Positions 25,311 through 32,000 of a stretch of 32,000 nucleotides of DNA are shown one piece after another. Origin of the DNA: an uncultured archaeon (GTDB lineage Archaea > Iainarchaeota > Iainarchaeia > Iainarchaeales > Iainarchaeaceae); assembly GCA_964577555.1 (NCBI GenBank), contig CAZNZM010000006.1:37501-69500 (forward strand), written 5' to 3'. The notes beneath the pieces are model-generated. The model was given only the letters and a program-made list of their open reading frames with translations, was not told the origin of the DNA and ran no database searches. The translations under genes and the position numbers were made by a program. The first letter of the stretch is position 1. Each line of letters begins with the position of its first letter.

Positions 25311-26237
25311 TTATTTTTCACCAACATAATTCAAATACCACTGAACAGTCCTTTTTATTCCTTCACCAATCATTACTTTTGGCTTAAAACCCAAAACCTT
25401 ATTAGCCTTTGAAATATTAGCCGAAAACTTGACAACCTCCCCCTTTCTATTATCCCTAAAAATAATTGGCACCTTAAAACCAAACTCCCTCTGCACCAAA
25501 TCAGCCACCTTAGAAAGCTTCACACTCCTGCCAGAAGAAATATTATACACAGAATTCTTGGCACGTTCAAAATTCTCCACACACTTCAAAACTCCATCAA
25601 CAGCATCATCAATATAAGTAAAATCAAGCTCTTTATCCTTGCCATAAATCACCAAACTCTTGTCACTCTTGCAATTCCTAATAAAAGTCGGAACAAGCCT
25701 GTCACTCTTATCATACATTCCATAAACATTTGAAAACCTAGTAATAATAAAATCAATCCCATAACACCTTTTATAAGACTGAACCAAAGCCTCGCCAGCT
25801 ATTTTTGAAGCACTATAAGGACTCTCACAATAATCAATACTCACCTGATTCTCGCCAAGCTTCCCATTTTTAACATTACCATATATTTCCCTGCTAGACG
25901 CAAAAATAAATCCAGGCACTTTCCTTTGCCTGCAAAATTCAAGAGCATTAAAAACAGTTTTCATATTATCAAGCGCAAGCTCAGGCTCAACCACCAAATT
26001 ATAAACCCTCGCATTTGCCGCCAAATGTATAAAAAAATCCACATCACCCGGCAATTTCTCAAAAAACTTTTTTTCACGCATGTCAGAAATCATGGTTTTG
26101 GAATTAACTTGGGCACTCCATTCATTAGGCTTCAAATCAAGCCCAATCACTTCATAACCTTCTGAAATCAAACTTTCGCATAAACGAGTTCCAATAGTAC
26201 CACTACTGCCGCTTACAACAATTTTTTTAGTCTTCAT
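25311..26237 (-). CDS. Extended SDR, NAD(P)-dependent nucleotide-sugar epimerase/reductase
   Basis: About 308 aa from ATG 26237; the track start at 26249 is TTG. Motifs VSGSSGTIGTRL, ASSREIYG and YSASK. It may reduce or epimerise the RfbB product. No rmlC or rmlD was recognised in the window. Confidence 0.7.
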   Translation of the reverse strand: MKTKKIVVSGSSGTIGTRLCESLISEGYEVIGLDLKPNEWSAQVNSKTMISDMREKKFFEKLPGDVDFFIHLAANARVYNLVVEPELALDNMKTVFNALEFCRQRKVPGFIFASSREIYGNVKNGKLGENQVSIDYCESPYSASKIAGEALVQSYKRCYGIDFIITRFSNVYGMYDKSDRLVPTFIRNCKSDKSLVIYGKDKELDFTYIDDAVDGVLKCVENFERAKNSVYNISSGRSVKLSKVADLVQREFGFKVPIIFRDNRKGEVVKFSANISKANKVLGFKPKVMIGEGIKRTVQWYLNYVGEK

Positions 26238-26466
26238 AAAAAAAACCAAAATTCAAATAATTCTCATAACATCATTTTAATAAAACTTTTAAAAAAAGGT
26301 TCTAACACGAATAACACCTGCCAACGCCCCACAATTACATTATTCTACTATAATTTTTTAGCTCAAATTATTTTGTTTTCATTTTGTTTTTTCACTAAAT
26401 TTTATTTGTTATTCTAAATCAACCAAAAAATCGGTGAAATATTTATTAAAAAAGGTTTTATTTTTT

Positions 26467-27366
26467 TTAAATCACTAATTTTTTGAATTTTATGCTTCCA
26501 ATGAGCCTGCTTGTTTTGACTGCCAAGACATAGCAGATTCCTAATAGTATTATTAACAAGGCGTGCAAAGGAGAGTTGTTTTTGATAAAGGTTATTCCTC
26601 TTGGACTGCTTAACTCAAATTTTCCGTTGTTTTTCCATAATCCAGTGGCTACTTTAAAGTCTTCTAATGGATCAACAAGGAAGCCATATTTTATGTGAAG
26701 AAAGTTTTCGCAAACTTTTGTAGGATGTTTTTTGTAAAGCAGGACATCGTTTTGGTGGTATTCAAGTCTTTTCAGTACGTACTTTAAGAAGTTAAAAACG
26801 CCTTTCGGCTTGGTTTCTTTGTGGTCGTGGAAATATTTTGCTTCAACTTGCTTGAATTCATACCCCAAATCCATTATTTTGAATGTCAAATCCGTGTCTT
26901 CTCTGTAATATTTGTATTCTGGGTCGTAACCACCTACTTTGGTTAAAAGATATCGTCTGAATGCTGTTGAGGTTCCTCCGTATCCGCCATAAGAACTTAC
27001 AACTCCGACTTTTTGCGAATCAAATCCGGATACTATTTTTTCTAGCCAATCTTTTTCCGCAATGCAATCATGATCCATATTAACTACTATTTCGTATTTT
27101 GATTTTTTTATTCCAAGGTTTCTTGCAGCGCAAACCCCAGAGTTTTTTTGATGAAACACTTTCAACTTGTTTTTGTCTTTGTGTTCAGCGTAGTTGTCCA
27201 ATAATTCAGAGGTTCCGTCAGTGCTTCCGTCATCAACCACTATTATTTCGTATTTTCCATTAAATTTTTGTGATAGTAAGCTGTCCAAAACCCTTTCAAT
27301 TGTTTTTTTTCCGTTATATGTGGCTACTACAATGCTTGCATTCATGTTTTTTGTCATCAAATTCAC
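26467..27366 (-). CDS. GT2 glycosyltransferase with a single C-terminal hydrophobic segment
   Basis: 299 aa. Motifs SIVVATYNGKKTI, YEIIVVDDGSTDGT and MDHDCIAEKDWL. GTG start in a GTGA overlap with the Alg13-like stop. Alternative ATGs at 27357 and 27345. Confidence 0.8.
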   Translation of the reverse strand: MNLMTKNMNASIVVATYNGKKTIERVLDSLLSQKFNGKYEIIVVDDGSTDGTSELLDNYAEHKDKNKLKVFHQKNSGVCAARNLGIKKSKYEIVVNMDHDCIAEKDWLEKIVSGFDSQKVGVVSSYGGYGGTSTAFRRYLLTKVGGYDPEYKYYREDTDLTFKIMDLGYEFKQVEAKYFHDHKETKPKGVFNFLKYVLKRLEYHQNDVLLYKKHPTKVCENFLHIKYGFLVDPLEDFKVATGLWKNNGKFELSSPRGITFIKNNSPLHALLIILLGICYVLAVKTSRLIGSIKFKKLVI

Positions 27367-27860
27367 TTTTCCAAATAATTTTCAATTATTTTTATTATGT
27401 TTCCATTTTCAAGTTTTTTCGGCTTGAATTCTTTCGCTTTTTCAATTGTTTCTTCAAGTTTGCTTGTTTCAGTTACTGCAATGCCAAGCCCTTTTTCTTG
27501 TATTGCTTTTGCGAGTTCTAATTGATGGTTGTCTGTGTGCTCTTCAAGATTTTTCATTCTTGGCACTACAATAATTTTTTTTTCCATTCTGTTGCATGCT
27601 CCAAATGTTCCGGCACCAGCGTGCATTATGACAATATCAGCCCAACTTATTTTTTTTGAAAATTCTTCAATTCCTAAAAAATTTTTGTGTTTGAAATTAT
27701 TTGGTTTGTAGTCGGAAAATCCTGTTTGGGCAAAAATTTCATATTTTCCTTTTTGGGCTATTTTTTCCATTTCTTTTATGAGCCTGTTGAATTGTTGAGG
27801 GTGTGTTCCCACAGTCACGAATATTTTCAATCTTTTTTCTTTTTGGTTTTCTTTTTTCAA
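27363..27860 (-). CDS. Alg13-like / PssE-Cps14G-like glycosyltransferase catalytic subunit (Glyco_tran_28_C)
   Basis: 165 aa. Motifs IFVTVGTHPQQFNRL, IVIMHAGAGTFGA and VPRMKNLEEHTDNHQLELA. TTG start with GGAGGGAG 5 nt upstream. 4-nt overlap with the Alg14-like gene. Confidence 0.75.
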   Translation of the reverse strand: MKKENQKEKRLKIFVTVGTHPQQFNRLIKEMEKIAQKGKYEIFAQTGFSDYKPNNFKHKNFLGIEEFSKKISWADIVIMHAGAGTFGACNRMEKKIIVVPRMKNLEEHTDNHQLELAKAIQEKGLGIAVTETSKLEETIEKAKEFKPKKLENGNIIKIIENYLEK

Positions 27861-28315
27861 AAAATACTCCCTCCATATACGCCTTTGGGATAAAATTTTT
27901 CAAGTTCTTTCCATTGGTAAATGAATAAGTCGCAAAAAAGGTAAGCTATTTTGCCGCTGAGCGATGGCTCTTTTATTCTGCAAAAACTTTCAATAAAAAT
28001 TGTTTTTTTGCCAAAAAATTTTCCGACAAGGCAAGCTATGACACCTATGTGTGATCCTGTTGAAATTATTGCATCTGGTTTTTCTTTTTGAATTATTTTC
28101 CAGCAATCAAGAAAGCATTTCAAATATAGTAAAGGGTTTCTGTTTGGGTATTGTGCGAAAAAAACTTTTTCCGATTTTGCGAGGCTTTTAGTGTCTTCTC
28201 TTTCAAACGTTATGAAAAAATGGTTTTTTTTTGTATAGAACTCTTTTAAGCCGGTTAATTCTGAAAGGTGTCCTCCGGCAGAGCAAGCCAAACAGATTTT
28301 TTTTTCTTGTTTCAT
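27857..28315 (-). CDS. Alg14-like / PssD-Cps14F-like glycosyltransferase accessory subunit
   Basis: 152 aa. Motifs ICLACSAGGHLSEL, DAIISTGSHIGV, IFIESFCRIKEPSLSGK and YQWKELEKFYPKGVYGGSIF. I see no obvious N-terminal TM helix. Confidence 0.75.
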   Translation of the reverse strand: MKQEKKICLACSAGGHLSELTGLKEFYTKKNHFFITFEREDTKSLAKSEKVFFAQYPNRNPLLYLKCFLDCWKIIQKEKPDAIISTGSHIGVIACLVGKFFGKKTIFIESFCRIKEPSLSGKIAYLFCDLFIYQWKELEKFYPKGVYGGSIF

Positions 28316-28339
28316 GAAAATGAAATTGTTTTTTTATGG

Positions 28340-28350
28340 TTATAAGCTTA
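28340..28350 (-). promoter_or_regulatory. Putative TATA-box element TAAGCTTATAA, 24 nt upstream of the Alg14-like ATG (28315)
   Basis: Minus-strand 11-mer identical to 8076-8086. It lies in the 148-bp divergent region shared with aglB. Confidence 0.4.
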
Positions 28351-28431
28351 ATGGGGCAATTGGCAAAAAATGTAGTGAAAATGCTTTTTTGAGGCTTTTC
28401 AAGGGGATTTTTATTTTTTTGGTTTAATTTC

Positions 28432-28440
28432 AGCTTAAAA
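28432..28440 (+). promoter_or_regulatory. Putative TATA-box element AGCTTAAAA, 23 nt upstream of the aglB ATG (28464)
   Basis: One mismatch to the AGCTTATAA core of the other two sites, with similar spacing to the start codon. Confidence 0.35.
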
Positions 28441-28463
28441 ACCTTATCAATAATGTTTTTGTA

Positions 28464-30473
28464 ATGCTTTTTGAATTGTTGAAGAAAAAGCTTTCAGGCA
28501 GAAAAAAGGAAATTGCTTTTATCGTGCTTGTTTTTCTGCTTGCTTTTGGAGTTCGCGGTCATCTTATTCAGCATCAGCTTTTCTTTGAGTTCGATTCTTA
28601 CTATCATGGCAGAATGGCTGAGTATTGGATTACTTCAGGTACAATACCTGTGATTGATCCAATGGCTTATTATCAATTGCCTGAAGGCGGTTCCAGAATG
28701 CCGAGTGTTGGCTATTTTTTTTGGATTTTTACAGGCACGATATTTGCTGTTGTTTATAAAATCTTGACTTTGAATGCGCCTTACAGCAAGGACGCCTGGA
28801 TAATTGCAATAAAGTTTTTTCCAGCAATTTTTGGCGCATTGATATCTGTTGCAATGTATTTTCTTGGCAAGGAAATGTACGGCAAAAAAACTGGAGTTGT
28901 ATTCGCTTTTTTTGCGGCAATTATTCCAGCTTTTGTTTACAGGACAATGGCTGGTTTTTTTGAAGATGATTCGCTTGGTTTTTTGCCTATGATTATTGCA
29001 ATGGTGTTTTTTGTCAGGGCAATGAAGAATGCTGAATTTAACAAGTCAACTGTGTTGAATTCTGTGCTTGCGGCTTTTTTCATGTTTTTAATGGCTATTA
29101 CTTGGCAAGGATTTGGATTTGCTTGGTTGATTTATCCGCCTTATTTTGTTGCTACTGTAATAATGATGTTTATGAGGCGCGAGCCTATTGAAAAAATAAT
29201 TAATCTTTCCAAAAACTTTGCCGTATTCTTTTTGCTTATGGTTGGTTCGGTGACAATTGTTCTTGGTCCTTGGTGGCTTTCTTTTGCACTTGACAACCTT
29301 GGAAATTATTTGCCGGTCTCTGCATCAAATATAGAGCACCTTTCCACAGGCAGGATTGAAGATAAAAGCGTGTTTTCTGTAAGCATAGGCGAAGAATCAC
29401 AAGGAATAAAGTATTGGTTCAACAAGTATAATGCATTAGTAATATTACCAATTATTGCGATTTTGATTTATGTTGTTGCAATAATTTTAGCTGTTTTTGA
29501 ATATTTTTCCAAGCCGAGCGGAGAAAACGCAGAAAAAACAAAACCAGCAAATATGGTGTTGAAGCGTCCGGGCGATTATGTATCTTTCCTTGTTTTATTT
29601 TGGGTTTTGCTTTGCATGACTATGGCTTATGTAAAACTAAAATATACTTATGTTTTTGGCTTGCCAATTGCTGCCGCCATTGGGGTTGTATTTTTTGAAA
29701 TTTTTCAATGGGTTGGAGAAAAACCGAGTTTTGAAAAGAAATTTGTTGCAGTGTCATTCGGCTTCATGTTCCTTACTGGCGTTGCTGCAGGAACTTATTT
29801 TGTTTCCCAAAACTATCCAAACATTGAAGAAAATACAGGTTGGAAGGAAGCACTTTATTGGATTAGGGATAATACTCCGCCAGGTTCAAAAATATTTAAT
29901 TGGTGGGACGAAGGGCATTGGATTTCATTCATAGCGGAAAGAAGAGTAAGTGCAGACAACAGAAATTATTCAACAAAGGTTAATGCGGAAATCGCAAAAT
30001 TTATTTTGTCTTCAAATCCTGATGAAGCAAAACAAATAATTGACAAGTACGGTTCTGATTATATTGTTCTTGACGAAGGAATGATTAGCAGGCTGAATCC
30101 TTTAGTATTGTATGCTTATGAAACTGACAGTGTAGACCAGGAAAAATTGATTTATTATAATACTTATGCCTTGCCTTGTAATAAGCAAAAAGACATTTCT
30201 AACCAGGTAACTTACAATTGTTCAGGAATTCAAATGTCTGAATCACAATATTTGTCTTTGCCGTCTAAAAGAATAGAACAACCTAATGCGCCACTAGACC
30301 AAAGAACCAAGGTATTTGCTTATCGTGACGAAGAAGGGCAAAAGTTGTTCCTTTTGAATAAAGCTTCTAATGATACTATGATAGCTCGGCTTTTCTTTGC
30401 TCCGGAATCGATACCTTGGGTTGAAAAGGTTTATGACAAGAAAGAAGTTAAAATTTACAAAGTAGTTAAATGA
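28464..30473 (+). CDS. aglB: Archaeal oligosaccharyltransferase, STT3 family
   Basis: 669 aa with a multi-TM N-terminal domain. Motifs in order: EFDSYYHGR (first loop), FFEDDSLGF (second acidic motif), SVSIGEE (SVSE-like, EL5), NWWDEGHWISF (WWDxG at nt 29901-29915), and DNRNYSTKVNAEIAKF (DK-type, compare eukaryotic DNNTWNNTHIAxVGK). A soluble C-terminal domain follows. Confidence 0.9.
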   Translation: MLFELLKKKLSGRKKEIAFIVLVFLLAFGVRGHLIQHQLFFEFDSYYHGRMAEYWITSGTIPVIDPMAYYQLPEGGSRMPSVGYFFWIFTGTIFAVVYKILTLNAPYSKDAWIIAIKFFPAIFGALISVAMYFLGKEMYGKKTGVVFAFFAAIIPAFVYRTMAGFFEDDSLGFLPMIIAMVFFVRAMKNAEFNKSTVLNSVLAAFFMFLMAITWQGFGFAWLIYPPYFVATVIMMFMRREPIEKIINLSKNFAVFFLLMVGSVTIVLGPWWLSFALDNLGNYLPVSASNIEHLSTGRIEDKSVFSVSIGEESQGIKYWFNKYNALVILPIIAILIYVVAIILAVFEYFSKPSGENAEKTKPANMVLKRPGDYVSFLVLFWVLLCMTMAYVKLKYTYVFGLPIAAAIGVVFFEIFQWVGEKPSFEKKFVAVSFGFMFLTGVAAGTYFVSQNYPNIEENTGWKEALYWIRDNTPPGSKIFNWWDEGHWISFIAERRVSADNRNYSTKVNAEIAKFILSSNPDEAKQIIDKYGSDYIVLDEGMISRLNPLVLYAYETDSVDQEKLIYYNTYALPCNKQKDISNQVTYNCSGIQMSESQYLSLPSKRIEQPNAPLDQRTKVFAYRDEEGQKLFLLNKASNDTMIARLFFAPESIPWVEKVYDKKEVKIYKVVK

Positions 30474-30474
30474 G

Positions 30475-31476
30475 GTGGCTACTTTGCAACTTTTTTTATC
30501 TCTTACAATTATTTTTCTTTCATCATTTTTTTTGACTTATTTTGTCACGCCGATAATGATAAGGAAAATTTCCAAGCGAGGAATTGTCGGAAAAGATATG
30601 AACAAAATCGGAAAACCAAAAGTGGCAGAGATGGGCGGAATAAGCCTGATGCTTGGAATTTCTTTGGGAATAATAATTGCTACATTTATTTCAACTTATT
30701 TGGGCATTTTAAAATTCGATTTGAAAATACTTTTTGCATCATTTTTAACAATTTTTTTTGTAGGATTTATTGGGGTAATAGATGATTTAATAGGGTGGAG
30801 AACAGGCATCAGACAATGGCAACATGCTCTTTTTCCGTTGTTTGCAGCTTTGCCGCTAATGGCTATAAATGCAGGCACAAAAACTTTTTTTATTCCATTT
30901 TTAGGCGAAGTAAATGTTGGAATTTTTTACTCGCTTTTGCTTGTGCCTTTGGGAATTACAGGTGCAAGCAATGCATTGAATATGTTGGCTGGTTTTAATG
31001 GACTTGAAGCAGGATTGGGAGTTTTAATAGTTTCAACGCTTTCATTAATATCTTTCATGACTGGGAAAATAGAGGCACTTATAATAGGAATTGCAATTTT
31101 AGCCTCTTTGCTTGCTTTTCTTCGTTATAATTGGTACCCTGCCAAAGTATTTGGCGGGGATTCGTTAACTCTTATGATAGGAGCAAGCATTGCAACAATT
31201 TCAATAATCGGAAACATGGAAAAAGTCGGGGTTTTGATTATTGCTTTGCATTGGATAGAACTTGTTTTCAAGGCGAAGCACAAGTTTCAAAGCCAATCAT
31301 TCGGGATTCCGCAAAAAGACGGCACTCTTGCTCCTGATCCGCGTGGCGGTTCGCTAACCCACTTTATAATGAAGCAAGGAAGATTCACTGAACAACAAGT
31401 TGTTTTGATTTTGCTAAGCGCTCAAACAATTGTTTGTTTAATTGTATTTGGAATGTTTTATTTTAAATTGTTTTAA
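30475..31476 (+). CDS. aglH: UDP-GlcNAc:dolichyl-phosphate GlcNAc-1-phosphate transferase (Alg7/DPAGT1-type, MraY/WecA superfamily)
   Basis: 333 aa. GTG start 1 nt after the aglB stop. Motifs GVIDDLIGWRTG, ALPLMAINAGTKTFFIP, NALNMLAGFNGLEAG and YNWYPAKVFGGDSLTLMIG. Confidence 0.9.
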   Translation: MATLQLFLSLTIIFLSSFFLTYFVTPIMIRKISKRGIVGKDMNKIGKPKVAEMGGISLMLGISLGIIIATFISTYLGILKFDLKILFASFLTIFFVGFIGVIDDLIGWRTGIRQWQHALFPLFAALPLMAINAGTKTFFIPFLGEVNVGIFYSLLLVPLGITGASNALNMLAGFNGLEAGLGVLIVSTLSLISFMTGKIEALIIGIAILASLLAFLRYNWYPAKVFGGDSLTLMIGASIATISIIGNMEKVGVLIIALHWIELVFKAKHKFQSQSFGIPQKDGTLAPDPRGGSLTHFIMKQGRFTEQQVVLILLSAQTIVCLIVFGMFYFKLF

Positions 31477-31490
31477 CTTTTATTTTTTTC

Positions 31491-31868
31491 ATGAAGAAAA
31501 TTTACGTTGTCGGAAATTTGTTTTTGAAAGAAGACTCTTTGCCTTTGAAAATAATGCCGTTGCTTGCCAAGAAATTTCCTGAAATAAAATTCATTGAATT
31601 TGATCCGACTGAAAATTTTCCCAAAGAAAAAAATATTTTAATATTGGATACTGTTGCAGGATTGAAAAAAGCTTGTTTGATAAGCGATATTTCGGAATTT
31701 GAATTTCAAAAGCCTTATTCGTTGCACGACTTTGACTTGGGTTTGAACCTTAAATTAATGCAAAAAATCGGTTATATAAAAAAATTTACTATTGTTGGCG
31801 TTCCTCAAAAAATTTCAAAAAAAGAAGCTATAATTCAGGTTTCAAGGCTTATAAAATCTCTTTTGTGA
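31491..31868 (+). CDS. Small HycI/HybD-like (peptidase A31, hydrogenase-maturation-protease fold) protein
   Basis: 125 aa. By eye it is collinear with E. coli HycI: IYVVGNLFLKEDS vs LLCVGNSMMGDDG, ILILDTV vs LLIVDAT, YSLHDF vs TTHNM, FTIVGVP vs IFLGIQP. The three presumed metal ligands (E/D, D, H) are present. 14 nt downstream of aglH. Confidence 0.5.
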   Translation: MKKIYVVGNLFLKEDSLPLKIMPLLAKKFPEIKFIEFDPTENFPKEKNILILDTVAGLKKACLISDISEFEFQKPYSLHDFDLGLNLKLMQKIGYIKKFTIVGVPQKISKKEAIIQVSRLIKSLL

Positions 31869-31888
31869 AATTTTACTAAACTTTTCTG

Positions 31889-31896
31889 TTTTTTTT
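31889..31896 (+). terminator. Oligo-T tract (T8), candidate archaeal intrinsic terminator for the aglB-aglH operon
   Basis: The T8 run lies 21 nt after the stop codon at 31866-31868 and is followed by more T-runs belonging to the repeat family. Archaeal RNA polymerase is known to terminate at oligo-T. Confidence 0.35.
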
Positions 31897-31904
31897 ATAT
31901 TTAG

Positions 31905-32000
31905 AAAAATTTTTTTGTTTTTTTTGCAAGCCGAGTTTTTTTTGTTTTTTTTTGTGAGCCGTTTTTTTGTCATTTTTCTTTTTTTTTTGAATTCTTTTTT
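31905..32000. repeat. Second locus of the T-rich TTTTGCAAGCC...GTCAT...TGAATT repeat family; runs off the window
   Basis: Cores gcaagccg at 31926, gtgagccg at 31954, gtcat at 31969 and gaattc at 31989. The stretch gtgagccgtttttttgtcatttttcttttttttttgaattctttttt matches gcaagccattttttttagtcatttttttttgaattatttttttt at 2562-2605 in order, orientation and spacing of every non-T position. Confidence 0.75.

Noticed and set aside
28464-31476. The alternative reading that this is a bacterial PglB/WecA-type locus (for example from a CPR or epsilonproteobacterial genome).
   Set aside because: The GPT carries NALNMLAGFNGLEAG and NWYPAKVFGGDS, which are the eukaryote/archaea DPAGT1 type, not the bacterial WecA/MraY NxxNxxDGIDGL type. 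The STT3 first-loop and DK-type motifs are also eukaryote/archaea-like. This was not tested phylogenetically.
1-32000. A search for mobile-element hallmarks (transposase, integrase, tRNA attachment site, inverted terminal repeats) that would mark the island as a mobile element.
   Set aside because: None was seen in any frame. The only boundary-like signal is the T-rich direct repeat family, which is reported separately as a hypothesis.

Overview
Low-GC (about 30% by eye, not computed), tightly packed and almost fully coding window. I read it as one roughly 29 kb glycosylation island, most consistent with an uncultivated low-GC archaeon; the lineage cannot be set from this window. The archaeal call rests on three things: an STT3/AglB oligosaccharyltransferase with WWDEG, an Alg7/AglH-type GlcNAc-1-P transferase with the eukaryote/archaea-type NALNMLAGFNGLEAG motif, and TATA-like boxes about 25 nt upstream of operon-first ATGs while internal genes carry GGAGG/AGGTGA-like sites.

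Gene content:
- Transferases: a split Alg14-like/Alg13-like pair, four GT2, four GT4/GT-B, and two further GT-C-like polytopic membrane proteins besides AglB.
- Export: a Wzx/MOP flippase and an edge-truncated flippase-like (UPF0104) protein.
- Nucleotide-sugar modules: hddA-gmhA-gmhB (heptose); NDP-sugar nucleotidyltransferase plus rfbB; NDP-sugar dehydrogenase; four extended SDRs; and a ColD/RfbH-type 3-dehydratase with His in place of the PLP lysine.
- Modification: two class I SAM methyltransferases and a B12-binding radical SAM enzyme.
- A small HycI/A31-peptidase-like protein lies downstream of aglB-aglH.

Organisation: six strand blocks with many 4-8 nt start/stop overlaps and frequent TTG/GTG starts. 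No transposase, integrase, CRISPR array, tRNA or rRNA was seen.

Most notable points:
1. The divergent Alg14/Alg13 <-> AglB-AglH core module.
2. Two extra GT-C proteins collinear with the AglB C-terminal region but with the WWDxG position degenerate.
3. A B12-radical SAM enzyme embedded in the glycan operon.
4. Heptose and 3-deoxy-sugar modules.
5. A T-rich repeat family, about 53 bp period at its core, present at 2405-2812 and again at 31905-32000, bracketing the island.

All functional calls come from motif recognition by eye. No database search was run.
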